A stretch of DNA of 64,000 nucleotides from Rhizobiaceae bacterium (lineage in GTDB: Bacteria > Pseudomonadota > Alphaproteobacteria > Rhizobiales > Rhizobiaceae). This document shows, piece after piece, positions 27,597 to 36,989 of this stretch. The notes under the pieces were generated by a model. The model was not told the origin of the DNA and made no database searches. It was given only the letters and a program-made list of their open reading frames with translations. How positions within the stretch are numbered: the stretch's first letter is position 1; every line of letters begins with the position of its first letter. The DNA lies in the NCBI GenBank assembly GCA_965248135.1, contig CBDFIN010000007.1, positions 126,386-190,385 of the forward strand, given 5' to 3'. Both the position numbers and the translations under genes were made by a program.

Positions 27597-28085
27597 GGTC
27601 ATCAAATCAAAACCAAGGACTCTACAAAAATATGGAGGGAATTTGGGGCGCAGGTCAATTTGAATGTATTGAGAACTCGCGAGTGTTCAGTACCTACTAG
27701 AAATTTGACGTTTAGTTTAACATCCGGAATATGTAACAATGGGCATCTTCAAGTAGACATTCCCCGTGGCAAGCAACAGGGCCGCGCTGTCGTGAACCAG
27801 GCCAGCCTGACACAGGTCAACTTGTCCTGGCCATCCGGCTTTCATCGCTAATGCACAGAAGAAACTGGCATACTCTCTGTTTTCAGAGAGTATGAATTGT
27901 CCAATTGATGTGTCCGAGGGCTTTGCCCTTCTCTACCCAAAAGCAAAATAGTGCCAACCGTGGCTCACTACGCCTTCGGTTTCGTTGCGCCCGCACCATT
28001 GTCACGATTTGGCTTTTCCCTTCCAACCCATCCTCGCCGGAATGCAGGGTTTCATGCGAAACCCAGTTCTAAGGAAGGAAAAGAA

Positions 28086-28568
28086 ATGAATATATTTGAT
28101 GCGGCTAAAATACTTGGATTGTCGGGAGACATCACACAGGATCATGTCAAACGCGCCTATGTCAGCGCTTGTAAGAAATACCATCCTGATATTAATCCGG
28201 CGGGTGAAGAAATGATGAAAGTCGTTAATGCCGCCCATGAAGTGTTGCAGGATTTTTCTGGCACAATTCAAGAGAAGCAATCGGAGTATGGCGAGCTGCT
28301 TAATGATGCGCTTAATACGATAATATCACTGCATGGCCTCATCATTGAAATTTGCGGGGTCTGGATATGGGTAACAGGTGACACACGATCCCATAAAGAC
28401 ACACTGAAACAATCCGGTTTTATATGGGCTTCCAAAAAGAAAGCTTGGCACTTTCGCCCCGAACAATTTCGCAGCCGTTCCAGAGGAAAAACTACCCTCG
28501 ATGACATTCGCACCAAATATGGAAGCAAGCGCCCAACGGGTCAGGGCTTTGCACGGATTGGGGGGTGA
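28086..28568 (+). CDS. J-domain (DnaJ-like) protein
   Basis: The ATG at 28086 follows AAGGAAGGAA. AAKILGLSGDITQDHVKRAYVSACKKYHPDINP contains the HPD motif. Confidence 0.7.
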   Translation: MNIFDAAKILGLSGDITQDHVKRAYVSACKKYHPDINPAGEEMMKVVNAAHEVLQDFSGTIQEKQSEYGELLNDALNTIISLHGLIIEICGVWIWVTGDTRSHKDTLKQSGFIWASKKKAWHFRPEQFRSRSRGKTTLDDIRTKYGSKRPTGQGFARIGG

Positions 28569-28572
28569 TGTG

Positions 28573-29136
28573 ATGCAGGAGCATTCAGCCATCATAGAAC
28601 AAATTGCACTTTATTTGGGCGCGCCGTGGAAGGTGAACCATCTGCAACAGCAATCATACTGGCAGCGGGAGATTATAGACGGCACAGGGCGTGGTCTGCT
28701 TATCAGCCAACAGTATAACAGCCGGAAATTCAGCATTTGTGGCATGTTTGATCACCGACAAACCGAGACTGTCCATGGCGACCATAAGTCAATCGGGGTG
28801 AGTATTACCCGACCACCAAAAGACATCGCAGCCGACATTATTCGTCGTCTGCTTCCCAGTTATCTGTACACATTTGAGACTGCAAAAGTGCGGTTTGACC
28901 AACAACGGTTAGAGCAAGAGCAGCTTGACCACAAGGCGCAGGCGCTGGTCACGGTCACAGGTGGCCGCGTTTCCCATCATTCCTGCGACAGCCGAATACG
29001 GACGATCTATTTCACTGGTGGTCAAGCGGAGATTTACCACCATTCCGACGAGGTCAAATTAACGCTTACCTCATTGAGCATGGAATTAGCCGTACAGATC
29101 GCAGCAATGGTTCGCGCTGATAAAGCGCCACCCTAA
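28573..29136 (+). CDS. Hypothetical protein
   Basis: A 187-aa ORF from the ATG at 28573, just after the stop of the J-domain gene. No motif was recognised. Confidence 0.5.
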   Translation: MQEHSAIIEQIALYLGAPWKVNHLQQQSYWQREIIDGTGRGLLISQQYNSRKFSICGMFDHRQTETVHGDHKSIGVSITRPPKDIAADIIRRLLPSYLYTFETAKVRFDQQRLEQEQLDHKAQALVTVTGGRVSHHSCDSRIRTIYFTGGQAEIYHHSDEVKLTLTSLSMELAVQIAAMVRADKAPP

Positions 29137-29204
29137 CAAATAGCACTCCTCCCCCACACAAAGACACAACTTTTAACAACAACAATTTTACGGAGACAAT
29201 TATC

Positions 29205-30926
29205 ATGAATTTAGATCATATCGAACTAACCAACCTTAGACTCTCACCTCTGAATGTACGCAAAAACGGAATCAAACATTCTGACAATCTGGTGGTAAGC
29301 ATCGCCAATATGGGCTTGCTGCAACCGCTTTTGGTACGCGCCAATGATTCAGGAAGTAGCGGAGAGGATTTTGAAATCATTGCCGGACAAAGGCGTTTTA
29401 ATGCCTGTCAAACCTTAGAGGCAGAAGGTAACGGCATCGGTGCTGTACCCTGTATCATAATGCAGGATGGTGATGACGCAGCAGCTATTGAAGCCTCGCT
29501 TGCAGAGAATATTGCAAGATTGCCAATGGATGAAATTGACCAGTATCAGGCATTTTCAGCACTCCTAGAACAAGGCCGCAGCATTGATGATATTGCATCT
29601 CATTTTGGGGTAACGCAGAGACTGGTGCAACAACGTCTGGCAATCTCCAATTTGTTCAATCCAATTCTCAAAGCTTATCGCAACGAAGATATTAAACCGT
29701 CAACATTGCGTATTTTGACTATGGCAACTACGCGCCAGCAAAAGGCTTGGTGGAAATTACACAAGGATGAGCAATCTTATGCGCCGCTTGGAAATTCACT
29801 TAAAAGCTGGTTGTTTGGAGGTCAGCATATTCCAACAGAAAATGCCCTGTTTAATCTCGATGATTACACCGGAGGCATCGTGTCTGATCTTTTCGGAGAG
29901 GAAAAATATTTCACTGACAGCGAAAAGTTCTGGACGTTGCAAGGCAAGTCGATTGCTCTGGCAAAGGAAAAATACATGGCCGAAGGCTGGACTGAAATTG
30001 TCTTGGAGGAAACAGGCGAACATTGGTGCAGTTGGGAATATGTTGAAACCGCAAAGGAAGACGGAGGCCGCATTTATGTCTCTTGTAGCTCTGATGGTGA
30101 GGTTTGTTTTCATGAAGGGTTCTTAACCCGTAAAGAGGCCGAGCGCCTAGAGCGACAAAATAGCGGTAATAAGAAATCAGTTGTGCGACCTGAAATAACC
30201 AAAGCCATGCAGAATTACCTTGATTTGCATCGCCATTGTGCAGTCAAAATAGAATTGTTGAAGCATCCAGACATCGCGCTACGCCTTAGCGTGGCGCATA
30301 TGATTTGCGGTTCTGGTCTATGGAAAGTGGAAGCAGAGCCACAACGGGGCAATACCGAGGCCATCCGTGAAAGCATATCAATTAGCCCATGTGATCATCG
30401 GTTCCACGATGAAACCAGAGATATCCGTGATATATTAAGTTTAGAAGCGGATCAGGATATTATTGATCATAGTTGGCATGGTCATGATCTTGCTGAAACC
30501 TTTGCTCGCCTGACGCGGCTGGACAACGATGAGGTAATGCGTATTCTAACCTTTGTCATGGCAGAAAGTCTGCAATCAGCAACCAGCATGGTTGAAGGTT
30601 TAGGGCAATTACTCAATGTCAACATGGCCGATCATTGGCAAGTAAGTTCTGCCAGTGGTGATGTGTTTTTTGATCTATTGCGAGACAAGCAGGCCATTAA
30701 TGCAATAGTCGCCGAGCTTGCGGGAAAATCAGCAGCAGATGCGAATCTGAAGGCTACAGCCAAGGTGCAAAAGGGCATTATAAAAGACTGCCTGAATGGT
30801 ACCCGCAAAGCCGAAGTTGAAAACTGGCAACCGCGCTATATGCAATTCCCGATGAAAGCCTACACCAACAAAGGCGGCATTGCTGCCATGGATGGATGGC
30901 AGGAAGTCAAAGGGTATTCCCATTAG
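29205..30926 (+). CDS. ParB/Spo0J-like N-terminal-domain protein (573 aa)
   Basis: LSPLNVRKN, LLQPLLVR and EIIAGQRRFNAC are ParB-type N-terminal boxes. A long C-terminal extension is common in ICE/plasmid ParB-like proteins. Confidence 0.78.
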   Translation: MNLDHIELTNLRLSPLNVRKNGIKHSDNLVVSIANMGLLQPLLVRANDSGSSGEDFEIIAGQRRFNACQTLEAEGNGIGAVPCIIMQDGDDAAAIEASLAENIARLPMDEIDQYQAFSALLEQGRSIDDIASHFGVTQRLVQQRLAISNLFNPILKAYRNEDIKPSTLRILTMATTRQQKAWWKLHKDEQSYAPLGNSLKSWLFGGQHIPTENALFNLDDYTGGIVSDLFGEEKYFTDSEKFWTLQGKSIALAKEKYMAEGWTEIVLEETGEHWCSWEYVETAKEDGGRIYVSCSSDGEVCFHEGFLTRKEAERLERQNSGNKKSVVRPEITKAMQNYLDLHRHCAVKIELLKHPDIALRLSVAHMICGSGLWKVEAEPQRGNTEAIRESISISPCDHRFHDETRDIRDILSLEADQDIIDHSWHGHDLAETFARLTRLDNDEVMRILTFVMAESLQSATSMVEGLGQLLNVNMADHWQVSSASGDVFFDLLRDKQAINAIVAELAGKSAADANLKATAKVQKGIIKDCLNGTRKAEVENWQPRYMQFPMKAYTNKGGIAAMDGWQEVKGYSH

Positions 30927-31143
30927 TGGGTTTCCAAGAGGTGAAATAGTAGCCTCGCAAATTCCGAGCGGCAGTATTCGCCGTTCGGAATTTGTCTTTT
31001 TCTCATAATTAAATTCTGGCAATTGTCGTTTCTCTCCTCTTGATGAAACGCCCTTTATGACCATCCGCGCCGTTCAGAAACCGCTAGTGGGAACCCTCCA
31101 GCGGATCAAGGGTCTGCCCGCACCACCTTTCCCCATTAGTGGG
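30919..31143. promoter_or_regulatory. Cluster of three imperfect palindromes CC(C/G)(A/C)(T/-)TAGTGGG at and after the parB-like stop codon (candidate parS-like sites)
   Basis: CCCATTAGTGGG lies at 30919-30930 and 31132-31143, and CCGCTAGTGGG at 31081-31091. A perfect core CCACTAGTGG also occurs at about 34460, inside a CDS. Confidence 0.35.
30958..31001 (+). terminator. Rho-independent terminator after the parB-like gene
   Basis: A 15-bp stem CAAATTCCGAGCGGC / GCCGTTCGGAATTTG with one mismatch, a 7-nt loop, then TCTTTTT. Confidence 0.7.
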
Positions 31144-31263
31144 TTCAGGCCATGATGACCCTGTGACCGAGCGGCTGAAACCGATGGTCAGCCTCCTTTG
31201 CGTCCATGAGGACGAACAACCACAATGAAATAGAATTTACTATTGAATTTTCCAAAGAACATT

Positions 31264-32145
31264 TCACATCAATCCGACAGCACATGGCCGGTCAGCATCT
31301 ATACGCCGGTTGTGGATTCCAAAGTCTGATACATCTTCGCGCAGATACCAACGACCTTTGCGCATTTCAATGCAGCCATACTGCTCCAATTGCCCCAGTA
31401 TCATTTTAATCCTGTCTTCGGTGAGTTTGTCGCGCGCATAGCACACTAAATATCGTTGCGCCTCTCGCAACGCCTTGTCACCATCTATGTTGCGGCGTCC
31501 ATCATGATGCATCCACATGCTATATAAGGTGACAGCTTCCCAATGAGTAAGAGGGCGTCTTGCTGCAAGGCAGAGCGCAACTCCCAAACCTGCCAGGCCA
31601 AAGGCTAAGTCTGTCCAGCCAGCCATTGAGAAAATTGGCGGCACCGCAATCAAGGCATTGATAGCTTCAAGATCATCATAGCGAATTTTGCCAAAATTCT
31701 GGCAGATAGTACCTTGCTGCGTCCAAAGATTGCCAAATCTGACGCGTTGTTCCCAACGTGCGCCACCTGACCCGCCCACATTGAATGGGGTAACTGCACA
31801 AGGCTGCGTGTTTCCAGAATCCATTAGGGGCTGACCAGAGACGAGATGCTCATGCCCATACCATACTGGATATCTGTAGTTAGTATGCTGGACGGAGACT
31901 ATTGGTCGACCTGCAGGGATATAAGCCATGGTTGGATTGGTCAGATCGACGCAGTAGCCAACCTCACCAATGTTATCTACTGTATCGTCGGTCGCCAACG
32001 TCATGTTCTGCGGAGCGACTGCAAGATGTTGATTGCCATGCCATACCGGATAAGCATAGTTTACAAACTGACTATTGTTGACCATTCGACCGACTGGAAT
32101 ATGGGTCATGGTTGGAATGGCGGAAAAAGGATCGGTAAAAGTCAT
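31264..32145 (-). CDS. Hypothetical protein with an internal duplicated motif
   Basis: The ATG at 32145 follows AAGAAAGG. There are two copies of PTM(T/A)(H/Y)IP(V/A)GR.......NY.YPVW.G..HL. Hydrophobic segments lie mid-protein and the C-terminal tail is helical. Confidence 0.55.
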   Translation of the reverse strand: MTFTDPFSAIPTMTHIPVGRMVNNSQFVNYAYPVWHGNQHLAVAPQNMTLATDDTVDNIGEVGYCVDLTNPTMAYIPAGRPIVSVQHTNYRYPVWYGHEHLVSGQPLMDSGNTQPCAVTPFNVGGSGGARWEQRVRFGNLWTQQGTICQNFGKIRYDDLEAINALIAVPPIFSMAGWTDLAFGLAGLGVALCLAARRPLTHWEAVTLYSMWMHHDGRRNIDGDKALREAQRYLVCYARDKLTEDRIKMILGQLEQYGCIEMRKGRWYLREDVSDFGIHNRRIDADRPCAVGLM

Positions 32146-32288
32146 TGTCAGCCTTTCTTTTGAACACACAACATCATCTGCCAAAAACCAGGTGTTTGGC
32201 GTAAGTCTCAGCAATGGAGGGTACTCCCCCTCTACTAATTAGTTAGGTTTTGGGAATGGCAATGTTAAGGTGCAATGTACAATTCGTA

Positions 32289-32816
32289 TCAATTTTCCCT
32301 GGACAAAGCGTTATGTGCAGCTCTGGTAATTTCATGGGCGGTGAATTTTCCGATGATATTTTCTAGGCGCTCCAACTCCAAGTCACAGGCTTTCTGGCGT
32401 GTAGGAAGCGGACAATCTCCGGGCAACGAATTGCCCGCAATCGTCCAATGACTAATCGCCTGATACAAGGTGAAGTCGAGCTTTCGTATATCAGATAAAA
32501 TCAATCCACTGCCATCGACCTTCAAAAAATTGCTATAATGCCGCTTGATGAAATCAGGCGGCTTATCGCCTTTGAGTTTGTCCTTCTTCCAAATGGCAGG
32601 GGCTTTGTCAGGAATCGTTCGCCTAAATGGGCTGTTGACCGTGTCATTTGCAACGCGATCAGCCCATCGACCGCCTTTTTCTTTTTCGATTGTTTCAAGC
32701 TGGCTGGCAATTTCATCCACTAAATCTGCGCGTTTGGCATTGTCCAATTGCGCGGAATCAAATACAGCACCAAGCGAAATGTTCAAAACGCTTTTGAACA
32801 TTTCTGTGCGTGTCAA
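32289..32816 (-). CDS. Hypothetical protein
   Basis: A 175-aa ORF with no motif recognised. Confidence 0.5.
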   Translation of the reverse strand: MTRTEMFKSVLNISLGAVFDSAQLDNAKRADLVDEIASQLETIEKEKGGRWADRVANDTVNSPFRRTIPDKAPAIWKKDKLKGDKPPDFIKRHYSNFLKVDGSGLILSDIRKLDFTLYQAISHWTIAGNSLPGDCPLPTRQKACDLELERLENIIGKFTAHEITRAAHNALSREN

Positions 32817-32961
32817 TCTAGTTGATGATGAAATAAATCCCCCGTTAGTAAGCTAAGTTAGTATACAAAACTCACCCAGTAATTGCCAGAAAATTAGCCA
32901 GCAAGTAAAAGTGGTTTTTGAATTATTGATCTTGCTCGAATGTAAAAGCCTGCCCGCCCCG

Positions 32962-33186
32962 CTAACGGGAGCGGGACATACCTTGCTTAACTAATGGATG
33001 CGTGAGATGCGCGCGGGATTGGACGCGGTATAATTGGGTTCTTACCGTATCCAGCGAAGCTTCAATGACGCGGAAGCCGGGTGAATTCGGATTGATTTGC
33101 GCTAACTCGGCAGCAATATGTGAAAATAAATTCATCAATTCTGGTTCGTCTTTGCCGGTTAGTTCGATATCTGTGATCTGGTTCAT
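32962..33186 (-). CDS. Hypothetical small protein (74 aa)
   Basis: The ATG at 33186 is preceded by GGAGAAG. The longer track ORF has no RBS. Confidence 0.4.
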   Translation of the reverse strand: MNQITDIELTGKDEPELMNLFSHIAAELAQINPNSPGFRVIEASLDTVRTQLYRVQSRAHLTHPLVKQGMSRSR

Positions 33187-33586
33187 AGTTCTTCTCCATA
33201 GTGAGTAGCCCTTGGGCTGTTTTCGCTCCGACCCATCGAAGCCTTGTAATACGCCAAAAAAGACCGGGCACATCCGGGTGCACCAGCTGGCTGGGCATCA
33301 GCTAGCTGGCGGGAACGCAGAGGACGAACTTTTCCAAAGTTTGCGCCAATACAAGGATGTGGTTGGTCTAAAAAAAGCGTCAAAAGGCAGCGTGGGCAGT
33401 GCTTAAAGAGATATTCCAATGCGCTACTCACTATGGAGAAGATTTTGAATCTGGCAGCTCAGATGTCCAAATACCGGCTTTGATGTGACTGGGTTGGTGA
33501 TGAGATTTCGCGTCTTGCCACAATGGTTAACGAAATCTTAATTCTCCCTTGTTATGCTATACCGACAAAACAATATTCGGAGGTTT

Positions 33587-34810
33587 ATGACAGGGTCAGA
33601 ACAGAATGACTCATCTACTGGTAGTATGTTTCCAATCAACCGCTCTGTTGGCGGCAAAGGTCTGGATACGGATTCGCAGATCGAAGCCGTCAGGAAATCC
33701 ATCCTCGATGAAATTGAGATAGCCAAAAGCATCATAAACCAGCAGATCGATTTACTGCGTTCCACTCAACAGGATTTTGAGATGGAAGACGTGATTTCCC
33801 AACTGGAAAATCAACTCAGACATTTGAGCAGTCAGGCGCTTGCTGCCTCAACCGGTTCCATTGCCGCATTGATGGCACTCAGCCGCACCATGCCCAACAT
33901 GGTTGCCAATAACGCCCGTGTCAGCGCTCTGGCACACACTGAAGCGGCGTACCAAAGCGCGATAATCGTCTTTGAAATGACAGAGGATCAGGTCAGTTAC
34001 TATCATGCGCAGCATGACAGGCAGGCAATTGCCTTCGCATCTTACGAACAACGCAGTTCTGGACATATCGAGCAGCTGGCCGCAGCCAATGGCGTTGATA
34101 TTGCTGCTTATCGCGATAATCGCCAACAATTGCTAAAAGAAAAGGAAGAAGCCAAAGCCAAAGGTGATCGCCTTGGTACTTTCAGGGCTGATGTCCTGCT
34201 CTCCGTCAATAACACACATGGTCTGGTGAAATCCGGTGCTGCAGATCAGGAGATTGAGCGCTCGCAACAAGAATCTGCCAAAGCCCGCGAGCGATATTTG
34301 CGCGAAGTTGAATTTCAGGCGCGCAAAAGCGCAATATCTGCCGGAATGTCAGAACAGCAAACCATTGAACATATTGCCAATGCCCGTATCTCCGCTTCAA
34401 ATGATCTGGCCGAAGAGGAACGTAAACTTGCGCAATCCAACGGCGTTGATCCACAGCGATCCACTAGTGGGCTTCCTTCCAGTGAACTGGTTGAGCGGGC
34501 AAAGGAAACCAATGCCGCCTCCAGTGTAGAGGAATTCAAAAATATGAATAACCGCACGTCTGAGACCGTCATCGAGGGCGAGCAGAGCATCAAATCTGCC
34601 CGTGATCGAGGCAATAATCAGAAATTATCAGACCGGAAATCTGCCGATAGCACTTTTGCGGGTCTTGGAGTTGATATTGTGAATGAGAAACCGGCATCCG
34701 GCGCTGTGACGGTCAAGAAACTGGCCGTTGCAGATGTTGATCATAATCAGGTCGAGCGACCAAACACACCAGCCATATCCGATAAAACCGATGGCAAGTC
34801 TATAGTATAG
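33587..34810 (+). CDS. Hypothetical coiled-coil protein
   Basis: The ATG at 33587 is preceded by GGAGG. The sequence is long, helical and charged. Confidence 0.55.
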   Translation: MTGSEQNDSSTGSMFPINRSVGGKGLDTDSQIEAVRKSILDEIEIAKSIINQQIDLLRSTQQDFEMEDVISQLENQLRHLSSQALAASTGSIAALMALSRTMPNMVANNARVSALAHTEAAYQSAIIVFEMTEDQVSYYHAQHDRQAIAFASYEQRSSGHIEQLAAANGVDIAAYRDNRQQLLKEKEEAKAKGDRLGTFRADVLLSVNNTHGLVKSGAADQEIERSQQESAKARERYLREVEFQARKSAISAGMSEQQTIEHIANARISASNDLAEEERKLAQSNGVDPQRSTSGLPSSELVERAKETNAASSVEEFKNMNNRTSETVIEGEQSIKSARDRGNNQKLSDRKSADSTFAGLGVDIVNEKPASGAVTVKKLAVADVDHNQVERPNTPAISDKTDGKSIV

Positions 34811-34863
34811 AAAATGCAATAATACTTGCCGAAAAAGGAATATTATCCTATACTTGTCAATAT

Positions 34864-35178
34864 ATGGACATTTTTGAACATGAACAACGATTTGAAGAAG
34901 CAGGCATTCAACATGGACATGCCAGAGTCATTCTGCAAGCTATCAATAGTGGTGATGCTCGGGCAATGACCAAAGCAGATGGTGACCGGCTGGAAATAAA
35001 TCTGCGGCGGGAATTCACTACCAAATTTGAAGCCCTGGAAATCAAGTTTGACAGCAGATTTGAAGTACTGGATGCCAAGCTGGATACCATGACCCAAAAA
35101 CTCATTGCCACCGTCTGGACAGTTGGTGGTGTCGCTGTTGCGGTGCTGGTGGGTATCGACAAAATACTCGGCGTTTAA
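34864..35178 (+). CDS. Small coiled-coil protein with a C-terminal membrane anchor (DUF1640-like appearance)
   Basis: FEEAGIQHGHARVILQAIN...DRLEINLRREFTTKFEALEIKFDSRFEVLDAKLD is followed by the hydrophobic tail TVWTVGGVAVAVLVGI. Confidence 0.5.
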   Translation: MDIFEHEQRFEEAGIQHGHARVILQAINSGDARAMTKADGDRLEINLRREFTTKFEALEIKFDSRFEVLDAKLDTMTQKLIATVWTVGGVAVAVLVGIDKILGV

Positions 35179-35217
35179 ACAACATTATTCTATCGTCATT
35201 TACTCACAATATTTGAG

Positions 35218-35826
35218 TCACTGCGATATATCAGAATGCAATATCCGTTTTCCGTTTGCATGAGCCTGTGCAACCCGCGCTCCGGCGATCAGTCCGTCGC
35301 GTGTCGAAGTCTGAGTTGTTTTGTCGAAGCAGTCGCGGGTAATCTCATCAATCTTGTGATTGGAAATATTGGGAGCTATGGCCTGGTTGGGGCTATTATT
35401 TCCCCAACCATAACCGACATCGAAAGCTAGCTCACAATTTAAGTCCTTGGTGACATTTTCGACATTCACATAGCTGATCTGATTGTTTCGCGCCGCCGTA
35501 AACAGTTTTTTAATTTCCTGGTTAAATGCATCTGGCTGCATACGAGTGTAAAGATCACCCAAATTTCCCCGCTTTGCTGCTTCCTGCATTACCGCCACGC
35601 AATAATCTGTTACATCGGGTGTGGGATAACCATCAGCAGCCAGATTACCGAGAATTTTCGGCATATCACCAAATGCGCATCCAATGCGTTTGGCGTTCAG
35701 ATTGTTATCAGATTTGATATGCAGTGTTTTGATCGCAAAATCATCAGGCAGCTCGGCGCTAGCTGCATTGGCCGACATTAAAAAACCGATGCACAAACAG
35801 CCCGCAATCTGTCTCATTGCGGGCAT
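35218..35826 (-). CDS. Hypothetical secreted protein
   Basis: It has the signal-peptide-like N-terminus MRQIAGCLCIGFLMSANAASA. Confidence 0.5.
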   Translation of the reverse strand: MPAMRQIAGCLCIGFLMSANAASAELPDDFAIKTLHIKSDNNLNAKRIGCAFGDMPKILGNLAADGYPTPDVTDYCVAVMQEAAKRGNLGDLYTRMQPDAFNQEIKKLFTAARNNQISYVNVENVTKDLNCELAFDVGYGWGNNSPNQAIAPNISNHKIDEITRDCFDKTTQTSTRDGLIAGARVAQAHANGKRILHSDISQ

Positions 35827-36221
35827 CCATATGTGCTTCTCTGCCGTTTGATTTCAATCTGGCGCAACGCCAGTGCCAACCATTTGCTACCCACTTGCTG
35901 GCAATTGTCCAAACCGGCAAATCCGCAGGCGATTATGGCGCAACCCGCAAAGGTTATACCAGCCGCCACCGCATCCTGCTTTTCCTCATACACCGAGCCA
36001 CTTGCCGCAACGCATAATCCAAGCGCGATATTGGTACCGGGATTATCCTTGAGTATCCTCAGAATTTCATTGCTGATCAGCCGGTCTTCAGCATCCAGTT
36101 CGCCGCAACGGACGGATTGCGCCTGTGCGCTGTTACCAAGGCTCAACAATATTGGTGTAGCCAATACTGTGCGATAGAAAGACGATCGAATAGAGTAGGA
36201 AAAATGTGACATCGGCGGCAC
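35814..36221 (-). CDS. Hypothetical secreted/membrane protein
   Basis: It has a signal-like segment VLATPILLSLGNSAQAQ and overlaps the downstream gene by 13 nt. Confidence 0.45.
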   Translation of the reverse strand: MPPMSHFSYSIRSSFYRTVLATPILLSLGNSAQAQSVRCGELDAEDRLISNEILRILKDNPGTNIALGLCVAASGSVYEEKQDAVAAGITFAGCAIIACGFAGLDNCQQVGSKWLALALRQIEIKRQRSTYGCPQ

Positions 36222-36413
36222 ACCCAGAGATTAATCGTGCCGGAAGATGCTACAATATGTGCTATTCGGGTGCAGATACCTATAACTAACTGATAGAATT
36301 GATGAATGAGCTCTGTAACATCGTGGATAATGGTTGCCGTACATTCTGTAAGTGTTTGGATAATAAAGGGTTGCACCCGAATAGCACAATCGGGTGCAGA
36401 TCGGAGGGGAATC

Positions 36414-36989
36414 ATGGAAAACCCGCTTTCACCCGATATCTGGACAGCACTGCATGCAGATCGCAAAACCCTTACCACAGCGCAGGAACAGCGTTTTCTT
36501 GAGGTTGCTCGCCAGTTTCCCGCAGATACTCGTGTCCTGTGCGAACTGCTGTACTGGACGGGATGTCGTATTTCCGAGGCGTTGGCATTACGACGTGATT
36601 ATGTTGATAGTCAGTTGGCATTCGTTGTACTGCGCACCCTCAAACAGCGCCGCAATGACAGCTTGCGTGCAGTTCCGGTTCCCAGATCATTCATTTCACT
36701 GTTACTGGCTTTACCCGCCGCTGAGAATGGACGTTTCTGGCCCTATAGCCGCTGGACAGCGCAACGACGCATCAAACCGGTCATGCTTGCTGCCGGCATT
36801 ACCGGTGTTGCTGCAAACAGCAAGGCGCTCAGACACAGCTACAACGCCCGCGGCATTCGTTCTGGAACACCTGACCGGATACGTCGGTGCCTGCTTGGTC
36901 ATCGCACCCAGCGCGCCAATGATCACTATGGTGAACTTGTCGGCTACGAATTACGCGATCATGCCCGCGCCATATGGGAAACAGAATGA
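36414..36989 (+). CDS. Small tyrosine recombinase (catalytic domain only, about 191 aa)
   Basis: The ATG at 36414 follows GGAGGGG. Catalytic-domain motifs are LLYWTGCRISEALAL (Arg I), LRHSYNA (HxxR-like) and LLGHRTQRANDHYGEL (His/Tyr box). Confidence 0.75.
   Translation: MENPLSPDIWTALHADRKTLTTAQEQRFLEVARQFPADTRVLCELLYWTGCRISEALALRRDYVDSQLAFVVLRTLKQRRNDSLRAVPVPRSFISLLLALPAAENGRFWPYSRWTAQRRIKPVMLAAGITGVAANSKALRHSYNARGIRSGTPDRIRRCLLGHRTQRANDHYGELVGYELRDHARAIWETE

Larger units (their letters stand above)
26436..27657 (+). mobile_element. IS3-family (IS407-group-like) insertion sequence, 1222 bp
   Basis: The terminal IRs are TGACCTGCGCCCCTAAAACTCCTCC...GTAGAGTCC at the left and, as the reverse complement of the right end, TGACCTGCGCCCCAAATTCCCTCC...GTAGAGTCC. 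The 4-bp target duplication ATTT is at 26432-26435 and 27658-27661. Confidence 0.9.
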
